64,000 nt of DNA, from assembly GCF_963921235.1 (NCBI RefSeq), contig NC_086097.1:240872001-240936000 (forward strand). Reading direction: 5' to 3'. The translations under genes were made by a program, and so were the position numbers. Source of the stretch: Mobula hypostoma. Its lineage: Eukaryota. Every line of letters starts with the position of its first letter. The stretch's first letter is position 1. Of this stretch, positions 1-11,528 are shown piece by piece. Below the pieces are notes generated by a model. That model made no database searches. It saw nothing but the letters and a program-made list of their open reading frames with translations, and was not told the DNA's origin.

Positions 1-1
1 G

Positions 2-1600
2 GTAGAGAGGGATTATGACCGACTGCTACAGCTGATCCTGATTGAGCAGTTTAAAGGTTGTGTCCCTGAGGGTATGAGACCACACCTTGATGAGAAAGAG
101 GCAGCCACGTTAGCCGCAACTGCTAAGTTAGCAAATGAGTATGCGTTGACGCATAAAATGAAGTTTGCCCCGAGTAAAGGCTACCAGAAGGGTAATCAGG
201 ACGGCGGGGAGAGTCCGCCGGAAAAGTCAGAAAGTAAGCCAGGGACTAGTGAAAAGGATAAGGTAGACCAGGAGCAGTCTGGTAGGAAGTCCCCTGGGGT
301 CCTCTGTTATAATTGTGGGAAAGCTGGACACTTTGCGTCCAGGTGCTATGCCCCAAAGGAGGAGACGGGAAAAGGAAAAACGGCGATTTTGACTGGCTGT
401 ATCGAGCTGTTAAGCGAACCGCTAGGGAAGGACAGGTCTGCCAAAGTTCAGGAAGGGCGCAAGAGGTTTATCTCGGCCGGATTGGTGTCAGTGAAGGAGG
501 GGTTAAAACCAGTTCCAGTGCGGATCTGGAGAGACACGGGAGCGTGTCAGTCACTAATACTGAAGAGTGTATTAGAGTTTAGCTCAGAGACCCAGACTGG
601 GGAGGTAAAGGTCAAAGGTATTGGGGAAGGGACAGAGTCAGTCCCTTTGCACCAGATACACTTACAAAGCAACCTGGTCTCTGAACTAGTCACGATCGGG
701 GTAAGGTCTGAATTACCGATGAAAGGCGTGGAAGTCTTGCTCGGTAATGACATCGCCGGGGGAATCGTGTTCCCAGTCGTGAGATTGACAGGTCAGCCTG
801 CCAGCATTGAGGTCCCACCCATGGACTCACAGGTTCATCACGGGACTGCGGTAGTAAATTCAGCTGAGACGTTTCTGCCAGTCTTGTACGAGACGGGGGT
901 AGAAAATGAAAAGGAGTGTAGTGAGACAAGAGGTAGTGAGGGAGCTGGGACAGACGTAGCACTAGCCAGGAAAGAATTTGTGCAGACGCAGGAGCGAGAC
1001 GAGGGGCTGATGGTTTTGGCAGAGACAGCTCTCTCTGACACAGCTTTAACAAGGGAACTAGTAGGCTATTGTGTGGAGGAGGAAGTGCTAAGGAAAAAAG
1101 GGAAATTAAGTACAGTACCTGTAGATGAGGAGTGGGGGGTGGTGCAAAAGAGTTATGGGGATGAGGTTTTTAACATGGCCCACGAGGTACCCCCCGGTGG
1201 ACATTTTGCGGTGCTGGAGGAAACAGTTGGTGGAATCATGAAAGAGATTTACCGGCTGCCCAGGGGGAAGAATGTTATTGATCATGACCGACGCGAACTG
1301 AGACGGTCACAGGCTTTTGATATGCTAACAAACCGAGTCGGTGTTAGCGTGGAAATCAATGAAGCTAGGGGCCCCCTGATAATAGAAAAAAAACATTTTG
1401 AAAAGATTAGTATGGGATCGATCAGATGGGAGAAGGCTATTGTTTTGGCCAGATCTACTGATAAGGCCTCTCCCTTAATCCCTGAACAAAGCGACTCTTC
1501 AGGAGTAATTAAACGACTCGCACCCACACGGGTTGATTGTCCCGAGGCGATGCAAAGAACTGGGACGTTGGGTGATGTCTGTAACAATAGGCCAGCCTAG
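2..1600 (+). CDS. Gag-protease polyprotein (partial): SCAN-like capsid C-terminus, CCHC knuckle, aspartic protease, integrase N-terminal remnant
   Basis: Frame is open from base 2: LILIEQFKGCVPEGMRPHLDEKEAATLAATAKLANEY (SCAN-like), CYNCGKAGHFASRC (CX2CX4HX4C), RDTGACQSLI plus VLLGND (retropepsin), AHEVPPGGH (HH half of the integrase zinc motif). Confidence 0.85.
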   Translation, partial: VERDYDRLLQLILIEQFKGCVPEGMRPHLDEKEAATLAATAKLANEYALTHKMKFAPSKGYQKGNQDGGESPPEKSESKPGTSEKDKVDQEQSGRKSPGVLCYNCGKAGHFASRCYAPKEETGKGKTAILTGCIELLSEPLGKDRSAKVQEGRKRFISAGLVSVKEGLKPVPVRIWRDTGACQSLILKSVLEFSSETQTGEVKVKGIGEGTESVPLHQIHLQSNLVSELVTIGVRSELPMKGVEVLLGNDIAGGIVFPVVRLTGQPASIEVPPMDSQVHHGTAVVNSAETFLPVLYETGVENEKECSETRGSEGAGTDVALARKEFVQTQERDEGLMVLAETALSDTALTRELVGYCVEEEVLRKKGKLSTVPVDEEWGVVQKSYGDEVFNMAHEVPPGGHFAVLEETVGGIMKEIYRLPRGKNVIDHDRRELRRSQAFDMLTNRVGVSVEINEARGPLIIEKKHFEKISMGSIRWEKAIVLARSTDKASPLIPEQSDSSGVIKRLAPTRVDCPEAMQRTGTLGDVCNNRPA

Positions 1601-2078
1601 TAAACAACATCCATATATAATGAGTAATTCAGTGACTAAAGGGCTGACGAACACAGAGGTGTGTATTGGCAATTTAATACGGCTGTCTGAAGCCAGCTTG
1701 ATAGTGAACCTTGAAGAAAATGAATTCGGCCACACGAGGGTCACTTACCTGGGAATTGTGGTGACACAGGGGCAGCTGGCAGCGATGCAAGCTACAGTGC
1801 AGGCCATCGCTGACCTCCCAACCCCGACAGACAAGAGAGCCCTCAGAAGGCTCTTGGAGATGGTGGGGTACTGTAGGAAGTTTTGCAATAACTCTGCGGT
1901 CACTACCCCTCCCCCTCCTACTAAGCCCTTGCGAGAGAAAACTAAGTCAGAATGGGACGACCCTTGTTATTGTGGTCCGGGACAAAACCAAATGAGAGGT
2001 TACATTGACCGCAATTCATCAGTGTTTTTGGCCACTATGAAGTTTGCTAAGTTGGAGCCTGGTCTAAGGGATTATTAA
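1533..2078 (+). pseudogene. Degenerate reverse transcriptase remnant (deleted, no YxDD)
   Basis: QPSKQHPYIM (RT N-terminus) is fused to NSVTKGLTNTEVCIGNLI (the YIDD position reads CIGN), then thumb motifs VTYLG and AIADLPTPTDKRALRRLLEMVGYCRKF. Confidence 0.85.
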
Positions 2079-2237
2079 TAACACATATAAAAGGAACAGA
2101 AAGTGTGATGACTGTCTGTCAAGGTGTTGACAACTTCAAATTCTCTGTATTAGCCAAATAGCTGATAACGATGTATATTTGTGTGTATCAAATAATGTAT
2201 TCATGTTTGTAATTTTTACCTCCCAGTAAAAATCCTT

Positions 2238-2250
2238 AAAGGGGGGGAAG
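2238..2250 (+). other. Polypurine tract (plus-strand primer)
   Basis: AAAGGGGGGGAAG immediately 5' of the LTR start TGTGACG. Confidence 0.88.
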
Positions 2251-3095
2251 TGTGACGAGAATACACATAGATGTTAGCTGTCTTGTGAGATCAGCAGTTG
2301 GTCTGCCATCTGTCCTCGGGGGAAGGAGAGATAAGGAACAATGAAGCAGCATCTGGAGATGTGTAATGAAGGGACGGGAGAGAGAGCTGTCTGGAGCGGC
2401 TCCCCCTTTGAACCCTGAACTGTTTGAAGTGATGGACAGGCGATACCCCAGCAGGGGGATAAAAAGGGACAGGTTCGCTAAGGCAGACACACACGACACC
2501 CGAGGTAAGGAGACCCTGGAAGCGGTGCGCCTCTCACGAGTCGGTGGGAAGTACTGGACCTTAAACGCACAGGGTGGAAAGGTACGATCAGCGGGAACCC
2601 AGTGTGTGTCCACCCTCGCTTGGGTGCTGGGTTCACTGCAGAGGATCGACCGCATCTGGAGGAGGGGTCACAGTCGGTGACCTCAGGTGACATCACAAAG
2701 GACTCACCCGAAAGCTGCTTGTGAGCAATATCGTCGGTCTGTGAGTGGAAGCCGTTTCTGAATGATCAGTCGTTCTCATTCTCTCTCTCCCTCCCCCCCC
2801 AACGTTGTCCATCGCCATGGCAACGATTACTGCGAACTGAACTGAATCGAACTGGACTTCTGTGTCACTTTGAAATTGGTCATTTACCTCTAGACAACGA
2901 TAGAGCTTGATTGATGCTGTTATCTTAATTCTGTGCACATGTGTGTTTATCATTGCTGAACTGTTGCATTTATTATCCTTCCGATTACTGTGTTGCTTGT
3001 TTCTTTAATAAAACTTTCTTAGTTCTAGTAATCCAGACTCCAACTGAGTGATCCATTTCCGCTGGTTTGGCAACCCAGTTACGGGGTACGTAACA
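2251..3095 (+). repeat. 3' LTR (845 bp)
   Basis: Starts TGTGACG and ends CGTAACA (7-bp inverted termini, 1 mismatch). TATA-like GATAAAAA at ~2458 and AATAAA at 3007-3012. Confidence 0.85.
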
Positions 3096-3269
3096 ATCCC
3101 AACTCCTATACTCAATGAATTTTGTATATTTTTATTATAGTTTATGGTATGCTTTATGTATTGCATTGAAAACTGCTGCAAAACAACAAATTTCACAATA
3201 CGCCAGTGTTAATAAATCTGAATTTGATTCCTCTATCATCAAAACTCTCTTCTAATACTCTGTTATTAT

Positions 3270-3500
3270 TATTTATTTATTGAGATATAGCACAGAAGCC
3301 AGCAATCCCTGAATTAACCCTAGCCTAATCACAGGACAATGACCAAGTAACCGACCAACCAGTACGTCTTTGGACTGTGGGAGGAAACCCATGTAGTCAC
3401 GGGAAGAACATGCAAACTCCTTACAGGCAGTCACAAGAATTGAACCCAGGTCGCTGGTACAGTAAAGCATCGTGACAACCACTACATTACCCTGCCACCC
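3270..3500 (-). mobile_element. tRNA-derived V-SINE (HE1-like)
   Basis: Reverse complement of V-domain GGGTTTCCTCCCACAGTCCAAAGACG and B-box GGTTCAATTC. Confidence 0.75.
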
Positions 3501-3859
3501 CAATCAGTTATCTTATCCAAGAGTACCATACATCCTTCACTTTGGAGGACTTTACTGAAAGGAATCTCAGGGGTAAAGAAGTGCCTTTAAAATGTAATTC
3601 ACGTCCAACGAATCCTACAGCCCCATCGTCCCACTCCACGCCAAGAATTTGGCAATAAATTAAACAAGCCTGCGCAATATAGTCCTCTTTTCCATTTTGA
3701 AATAAAATTCAAAAGTTGGGGGAAAAGTTACTTATTTGCAAGATCTTCCTCACTGGGCTTGCAGTATATGGTTACTGTTAAAGAACCCTGCTCTCAACAA
3801 CTGTTCAATCTGCTGGAGCAGTACTACAAATTAGACAACAGTTGTCATATGGCTGCTAA

Positions 3860-4350
3860 ATAGATGGATTGGACGTGCAGAGGATGTTTCCTATAGTGAG
3901 GGAGTCTAGGACCAGAGGGCACAGCCTCAGAATAGAGGAACGTCCATTTAGAACTGAGGTGAGGAGGAATTTCTTTAGCCAGAGTGAATCTGTGGAATTC
4001 ATTGCCACGGACAGCTGTGAAGGCCGAGTTTGTGGGTGTATTTAAAGCAGTTGATATGTTCTTGATTAGTTCTCATCACCCCTATGGTCGATTATGAAAT
4101 TAATAATGATGGCGCAGGATGAACAGGAAAGTTCTCACTGTGCCTTCACCAAGATGTCAATGCCATGAGCAGCTGTGGAGGCCTAGTCATTGGGTATATT
4201 TAAAGTGGAGATCAATCGGTTCTTGATTAGAAAGGCAATCAAAGGTTACAAGGAGAATGGGGTTGAGTGCGATAATAAATTAGTTCTGATTGAATGACAG
4301 AGCAGAATCCAGGGGCCAGATGGCCAAATTCTGCTCCTATGTACATGGTC
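3860..4350 (+). mobile_element. CR1/HER1-type LINE 3' fragments
   Basis: Typical CR1 C-terminal segment (GGGCACAGCCTCAGAATA...GTGAATCTGTGGAATTC) and tail ATTCTGCTCCTATG. Confidence 0.7.
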
Positions 4351-4554
4351 ATAAACCATCATTGTATAATGAGGAACCTGAAGCAGCCTCTTAAGTTAAA
4401 ACATCTGTTTTAATTTACAAAATCGTAATAATTCGAAATGAGGTAATTCATTGAGCAAGAAAGATGCTATCATTTATTTCTTCATCGTGGTACGTGGCCT
4501 TCGCCGGCAAGACTGCACTTTTGTAATCCATAATTGCCCTCGAGTAGCTGACAT

Positions 4555-4975
4555 ACTTTTGGTGGCCACTTTATTGGGTACAGGAGTGGAACCTGGTGTA
4601 GCTGTAGCTCACACACCTCAAGACTCAATGTGTTGTACATTCAGAGATGCTGTTCTGCACACTACTGTTGTAACACATGGTTATTTGAGTTACTGTCACC
4701 TTGAACTAGTCTGGCCATTTTCCTCCGACCTCTCTCATTAACAAGGCGATTTTGCCCATACAAATGCTACTCACTGGATTTCAGCATTTTCTGAGATAGT
4801 CTGGCTTCAACAATCATTCCATAGTCAAAGTCACACATCACCTTTCTTCCTCATTCTGAAGTTTGGTCTAAACAACAAATGAACCTCATGACCATGCTAA
4901 CATGCACTGGGGTTCTGTCAGACGATTAGCTGACTAAATTTTGGCATATGCAAATCTACCTAATAAAGTGACTTA
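4555..4975. mobile_element. Non-autonomous Tc1-like element
   Basis: TIR-like GTGGCCACTTTATTGGGTAC ... TACCTAATAAAGTG. Same family as 18967-19365 and 41872-42340. Confidence 0.65.
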
Positions 4976-5802
4976 CTCTTCTGGTGGCGGTATCCCACAA
5001 TTGCTGAGGTACAAAGTTCAAAGGAAGTTTATTATTAAAGTACCTATATGTCACCATATACAACTCTGAGATTCAGTTTATTGAGGGAATACTTAATAAA
5101 TAAATTATAGAATAATAACAATAAAATTAATAAAATCAAATAGATTCAGGTGTGGGGTTTAATGGTTTTCCAGTATTTATGCCAAACAACAATGATGGAA
5201 CACAATTCATTTCCAGGTCAGATGATGCGTTACTTGAATCCAGTTGCTTCCGATATTGTCCCAGGTTGCTGCCTCCACTGCACGACCAAAGTTATTTCAC
5301 AAGTCAATCATGTTCTGTGCAACAGAGGATTTTCCTATGGGTCCTAAAATTACCATTTATTGGGCTTAACACATACCCCCAAGTTCTCGTTTCAGAGTCT
5401 AATTGGATGTTGTTTTTGCACGCAAGTTTTCTCAGTATTTTTATTTCACCACCATCTCTCATGATAAATGTCCAGATGTTCACATTTTCTTTAGAGCATG
5501 AGCCTTGGGTTTCTGTCGACTTACCTCACAACACAAAACTTTGCCACTGGGGATCCATATGATGGCTCAGTTCTACACCGTCTCCAACACCAAATGTTTC
5601 TCATTTGCTTGACACACAATATGGTACAGAGGCTGAACACTGACAACGCTGCTGTAAAAGGTGAAATCTTCCATATCTGATTCAAAAATCTACTATTTAT
5701 ATAATTCAGACCCACAAGAAAGCAGCAACCATCGTTCAGGCCATGTCCTCTTCACGGCACAACCACCAGGCAGGAGGGTAAAGGCAGCTTTGGTCCCACA
5801 CC

Positions 5803-6029
5803 ATGAGAAAGTCAGCAGATGTTGGAAAGCAAAAGCAATAGATACAAAATGCCGGAGGAATTCGGCAGGCTAGGCAGCAAATATAGCAAAGAATTAATAG
5901 TCGACATTCTGGGCTGAGACCCTCATTCAGGGCCTGTGAAGGGTCTCAACCCAAAACGTTGACTGTTTACCGTTTTCCATAGATGTTGCCTGGCCTGCTT
6001 AGTTTCTCCAGTGTTTTGTCTTAATTTCA
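5803..6029. mobile_element. Palindromic PLE-tail mini-element with hammerhead-like motifs on both strands, inserted in a Rex1-like fragment
   Basis: Inverted arms 5844-5930 and 5931-6019. Flanking TCCCACACC (5794-5802) / TCCCATACC (6030-6038). Confidence 0.7.
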
Positions 6030-6759
6030 TCCCATACCGCTGGGTTTAGGAGTGGTTACCCTACACCATCAGGTTCCTCAGTTGATGTGGTTATCTTCAA
6101 TCACCTCAGCTCTGAACTGATTCTACAACCTACAGACTCTTTTTCAAGGACTCTACAACTCATGCTTTCAGTTCTTTTTATTTGCAAAATGTCGTCTTTT
6201 GCACATTGGTTACTTGTCTTTACGTATAGTTTTTCATAAATTCTAATGTATTTCTTTAATTCTCTGTAAATGCCTACAAAAAACTGAATCTCAAGATAGT
6301 ATATGTTAACACAGACAAACGTTGATAATAAATTTTACTTTGACATACTGTTGGCTTTACAGATCAACCTGCCTTGCCTGCCAATGTTTGGCTGAAACTC
6401 TAAGGTATCTTTCAGCTTCATCACTCACCATTTCAACACGAATCGTAGAGCACGTATGTCATCTATTTATCTTTCCTATATGTAACACTTGCACTTGGCT
6501 ACTTTACACTTCATCCTGTCCAACTCTCTTTCTCGCTCGTTATTAACTACCATTCCTGACTGCAGCGGCGCTCTTTGTCTGGTATCAGCTGAAACTTGAC
6601 CACTTTGCATCGAGTTTCCGAATCAAGTCATTTATATAAATTGGAACCAGTCATGGCCCTGGCAACGTGCTTTTGAAGCATTCGGCTTGGTAGCCCTCCA
6701 ACAAGTGCTCATTGTTTCTTGCCCTCCACCCACTTCACTTTCAGCTAGAGTTAATGTTG

Positions 6760-7300
6760 ACTCAGTGGTGCCAGTTAGAAGACGAGGGTTAGAATTCCAT
6801 CGAGAACTACAAGTATAAAACCTTGGCTGTCACTCTTGTCCAACACGCTACATTTGGGACATTATATCAAGTTCTCCTACAGTTGGTTATGAAACCAAAT
6901 GATGGTGGAAGAGGAACGGGAAAGTGCTCGCCAATATGCTAATACCATAGACGGCTGAGGAGGCCAAGTTATTGGGTATATTCAAAATGGAGGTTGATAG
7001 GTTCTTGATTAGTAAAGACATCAAAGGTTACAGGGAGAAGACGAGAATGGGGCTGATGGGGAAAATAATTTAGTCATGATCAAGTGCTGGAGCTGGCTCA
7101 ACGGGCCGAATAGCCTAATTCTGCTCCTCTGTCTTATGGTGAATTAAAGCAATTTAACTAATATAAGAAATCTGGTCATACATCTTTTGGCCTGTTGTGA
7201 ACCTCCGGTGCATTCAAGTAATCTTATGTCTAGTCTATATTCATTTCAATAGTTGCAGAATACTTAATTGGTTGACAGGCAATGAGAACTCATGAAGACA
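6760..7300 (+). mobile_element. Ancient Deu-domain SINE (AmnSINE1/SacSINE1-like), split by a CR1 tail at ~6945-7140
   Basis: Degenerate match to recalled Deu-SINE segments (GAAGAGGAACGGGAAAG..., ATCTGGTCAT..., TACTTAATTGG). Confidence 0.45.
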
Positions 7301-8204
7301 CACTTTAACTTCTCAGTTTAAAATACTTTTTTTAAGTTGTCTATTCACAGCTATTCAATGGACATACAGAGCAAGGTCCATATATGCTTTGAAACAGCAT
7401 CAGAGAACATCTGCATAGCCTGCTGCAATTTCCACATCACCTACCATCCAATCCACCTGCTCTTGAAGCCAATTCTTAATCTTCACTCTTAAGTACAATA
7501 CCTCAACAGAAAATCTACAGTACTCAAGTAAAATTGCTCCAACTTATATTGTGCTAACATAAGTGTAGGTGAGTTAAGGGTGCACCTTATTTTTGTGCTC
7601 CAACTCTTTATCAAAACAAGCTTTATTCAATTCAAAAAAAATCAGTGCAGTTATGCTCCAGAGAATGGCCATTTTTATAATAAAAATTAGAACCCTTTTA
7701 ACTTCCACTTTATTTTAAAGGTTCAAAGTATGTACACAAAGTACAACTGACAGTCGTCCTCCCATACGCAGCCATGAAACGAAGAAACACCACGGGACCC
7801 ACTTAAGAAAACTTCAAACACCCAAATTGCACAGACCCCAAAAAGTGAGCGAACAACACACAGAATACCAATCAAGCCAGAAGCGATCAGTTTTGTTCAG
7901 TTCGGCGCTGCACCGCTAGCCAACGCTTCACCGAAGCGCCCCGTCGATCGCCTCGATTAAACTGCCCGAAAACAGCAAAAAAAAAGTAAACAGAATCCAG
8001 GAACACGTTTTAAGATCTAGTCCTCCTACTTAATAATGGTACAGGATTGTAAAAAGATAATCCTATGAACTTGCCAACACAGCTTCAACGGTACACCAAA
8101 AGTAAACAAAAGATTCTTAAAAAGAGGCATGTCACCCAAACCTATTAGAATATATTGACATGGTATTAGTTTGCTGCTTTGCTGTCAGATGTTTTTATAC
8201 GACA

Positions 8205-8800
8205 TAAATCAAAGTACTGAGTACAGCAGTTGGGATGTTATGTTGAAATTGTACAAGAATGTTGGTGAGGCCTAATTTGGAGTATTCAGTGCAGTTCTGG
8301 TCACCTACCTACAAAGCAAGATATCATTAAGATTGAAAGAGTACAGAGAAAACTTACAAGGATGTTGCCAGGTCTTGAGGATCTATAGGGAAAGATGGAA
8401 TAGGCTAGGACTTTATTCCATTGACTGTAGAAGACTGAGGGGAGATTTGATAGAGGTATACAAAATTATGAGGGGTATACATAAGGTAAGTGCAAGCAGG
8501 TTTTTTCCACTGAGGTTGGAGGAGCCTAGAAATAGAGGTCATGGGTTAAGGGTGAGAGATGAAATGTTTAAGGGGAATATAACTTCTTCACTCCGAAGGT
8601 GGTGAGAATGTGGAATAAGCTGCCAGTGGAAGTGGTGGTTATGAGTTTGATTGCAACATTCAAGAGAAGTTTGGACAAGAGCACAAATGGGAGAGGTATG
8701 GTCCAGGAGCAGGTCAATGGGACTGGGTATATAATAGTTCAGCACAGAGTAGTTGGGCTGAAGGGCCTGATTTGTTCTGTAGTTCTCAGTGACTCTACTG
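8205..8800 (+). mobile_element. CR1-type LINE 3' fragment
   Basis: Encodes RRLRGDLIEVYKIMRG...RGHGL, followed by the CR1 3' tail. Confidence 0.85.
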
Positions 8801-9089
8801 CACTTCTAGATATAATTTATTTATCACATGTACTGTATAACAAAACATAGCTGCTGTACTCTTATTCTGCATTGTTATTGCTTTAGCTTGTACCACCCCA
8901 ATGCTCAATCATTCGATCTGTATGAACAATATGCAAGACAGGCTTTTTACTGCATTTCCTACTTGTGATAATAACAAGCCAATTCCAACTCTTCAATCTG
9001 TTCTATTTCCCAGATTCAGTACGAAAGGGAAAGGAGTCCTGCACGACCCCAGGACTTTCCAGTAAATGGAAGAGGCAACAGGCTCAAAG

Positions 9090-9320
9090 CAGCCAAATTC
9101 ACACAAAGCAGCTCCTCGTGATAACGACCAGATAATCTGTGAGGGATAAATAGCGGGCAAGACACCAGGGACATCTCCCCTGCTCTCTTCCAAGGGAAGT
9201 TCAATAGAATTTTTAACATCCAGGAGAAAAACAGGCAGATAAATTAGTTTGGTCTGATTGAAAGACAGAGCCCCAAGTGACCTGGCACTCCCTCAGCCGT
9301 GCACTGGAATCTCAGCATAC
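9090..9320 (-). mobile_element. Deu-domain SINE (AmnSINE1/SacSINE1-like)
   Basis: GACCAGATAATCTG, GAGGGATAAATA, GACACCAGGG..CTCCCCTGCTCT and GCACTCCCTCAG..GCACTGG match the antisense Deu core. Confidence 0.7.
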
Positions 9321-9967
9321 TTAAACCCACAAAGGCAAGAACCACGGCTGGACCAGGAAGAAATAATACTTTTAGATCTTCATCATTAAACAAAGATACT
9401 CCTCTCCTCAGAAGTTCAAATTCAAATCTGAAAATACACAGAGTAAAAGAACACAGTGCAGTTATTAATTTAACACTCCAACTTTGCACTTGCCAATTGA
9501 AAGCCTTCCTTCAGACTGTGAAACATTTTTTTAAACTTTATTTCTGAATTGCATCTAAACTGGATTTTTTTTTTCCTCCCAACTACAGTATGTTTAAAGT
9601 CTGTTCCACACAAGACTGCTATGGAAACCAACAAACAGAATCTCCATATCAGTCGGCATCATTTCCTTTTGAACAGCAGAAAGTAAGGGCGGATTTCTCA
9701 ATTACACAGCTCACCAAATGAATGATTCATAGACCATAAGTCACAATCTTAAGTGTCAGCTGAGCTACCTCAGTTGCCTCACCAGCCCTGATAAATCCCC
9801 TATATGTCTGTATGGGAGGGGTGTGAGAGGCATTTCCTGGAGAAGTATTCACACTCTCAAAATATCCTGTGCACCTCTCCACGGCAAATGCTTGCTGTTG
9901 GGGCTTTTCCAAATTTACGTCTAATAGTTTGGAGAAGCATTGAACTAAGAGTCTGGTTGGTACTGAT

Positions 9968-10285
9968 CACAAGAGATTCTGCAAATGCTGGAAATCCAGA
10001 GTAACACACACAAAATGCTGGAGGAACTTAGAACATCAGACAGCACCGACAGAAAGGAATGGAGTTGACGTTTCAAGCCAAAACTCTACATCAGGACTGG
10101 AAAGGAAGGGTCTCGCCCTAAAATGCTACCTGTATATTCCTCTACATCAGAGGTTCCCAACATTTTTATCCCATAGACCCTTATCATTAACAGAGGGGTC
10201 ATGGACCTCAGGTTGAGAAACCCCCCCCCACTCTACATAGATGCTGCCTGATTTGCTGAGTTCCTCCACCATTGGTGTGTGTTAC
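9968..10285. mobile_element. Palindromic PLE-tail/hammerhead mini-element
   Basis: Arm CAAAATGCTGGAGGAACT... and its reverse complement ...GAGTTCCTCCACCATT. Degenerate ribozyme cores near 10063-10125. Confidence 0.65.
10148..10230. mobile_element. hAT (Charlie-like) MITE with 8-bp TSD
   Basis: CAGAGGTTCCCAAC...GTTGAGAAACCCC flanked by CTCTACAT (10140-10147, 10231-10238). Relatives at 36682-36761, 41433-41514, ~45055-45138 and ~59975-60047. Confidence 0.8.
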
Positions 10286-11528
10286 TCGGGATGTAATAGG
10301 TTGGGGAAGCCCCACAGACTTCAATCCCATAACTAAAGGCACCCAATCTGTTCTCTCAACTGGCAACTACAAAATGCATTTGTATAGCACCTCTTAAAAA
10401 CAACCAAGGAGCGCTCAGCGGCAGCAGACAAAATTTTGCAATTCTCCAGAAAAAGAGGAATTGGGGAGATCAAGACATAGCAATGAGAGAAACTACTTAT
10501 AAGGCAGAAACGTGTACGAGGTGGGACAGTGTAGGGAGAAACTACATTCAGAGTAAATCTACTCTCAAACTGCTTATGTTACCATATACAACCTTAAGAT
10601 TCATTTTCTTGCAGGCATTCACAGTAGAACAAAGAAATACAATAGAACCAAAGAAAGACTACAAAGACTGACAAACAACCAATGTGAGCTAGGTAGATTA
10701 GATAGACTGAGAGACAGACAGGCAGGCATGTCTGACTGCATGAGTTGCAGAGTCCTTGAAAGTGAGACCATGGGTTCATGACTAATCAAGGACTACACTC
10801 AAAATTCATTTCCTTACACAGTGACCACAGTGGGTATCATCTTCAGAATCGTGACAGTTACTTGACCAGGTCATTGCAACACTGCCCTGCAACATGCTGC
10901 TCTTTATGCCAAACTGGATAAGGACAGCAGGTGTATCGGAACACAACCACCTACTGGCTCCAGTTGAAATCAAACATTGTCCCGAAATTGACACACAGGA
11001 CTTCCCTACTTTCAGCATCTGTTTTCTTCAGGAAAGGTGTTACTTTTTCATTTTTTTCTGCCCATGGGTCTTTTCCAGAATCAAGATGACCTTTGAAGGT
11101 CACACAGCCAGGACACCCACTTTCACTGCAGCCGCTTATTTTAAGACCCAAGGTACAAGGCCTTCAGGTGTAGGACTTCAGTCAGCCTATAGTTCTCCTA
11201 GTTTCCCTACTGTCTTTTGCCCTGCAATATTAAATTTTAACTTTTATCCTCTCTTTTGCCTCCCAAATATATTTGTTTATGGTCACTGAAATGCTCTAGG
11301 GTCATTTACCATGGAGACAAGCAATATATTCCTTCAATGTCCCTATGGTTTTGTTTGATTTCCCAGTATTAGTTCTCCAGCCTCATTTATTTACTTTGTT
11401 TAAGCTCTTCCCTTGTTTATATTTGTAAAATCTCTGTCCATTCTTACATTTCATGCTGGTTTACTCTTATAATCTATTTCCCCTTCTATTGTATTATTCT
11501 TTGCTGGTTTCTGTAATGTTCCCAATCT

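Larger units (their letters stand above)
1..3095 (+). mobile_element. Gmr1-like Ty3/Gypsy LTR retrotransposon, internally deleted, 5' part outside the window
   Basis: Domain order Gag(SCAN-like, CCHC)-PR-IN remnant-RT remnant, then PPT and a TG...CA LTR. Integrase upstream of RT is the Gmr1-type arrangement. Confidence 0.88.

Noticed and set aside
2236..2953. Short ORFs inside the LTR
   Set aside because: No recognisable domains; expected by chance in a GC-rich LTR.
1..3095. Endogenous retrovirus or domesticated SCAN gene
   Set aside because: No env, Gypsy-type RT thumb, and PPT and LTR still attached.
4977..5003. 27-nt minus-strand micro-exon candidate encoding QLWDTATRR (Rab/WD40-like)
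   Set aside because: Both splice signals lie at the edges of flanking repeats (Tc1 end and Rex1 tail), and there are no companion exons.
5152..5562. 136-aa ORF
   Set aside because: Non-ATG start and no recognisable family.
10806..11018. Minus-strand ORF ending near a GTAAGG donor
   Set aside because: Weak acceptor and unrecognised peptide.
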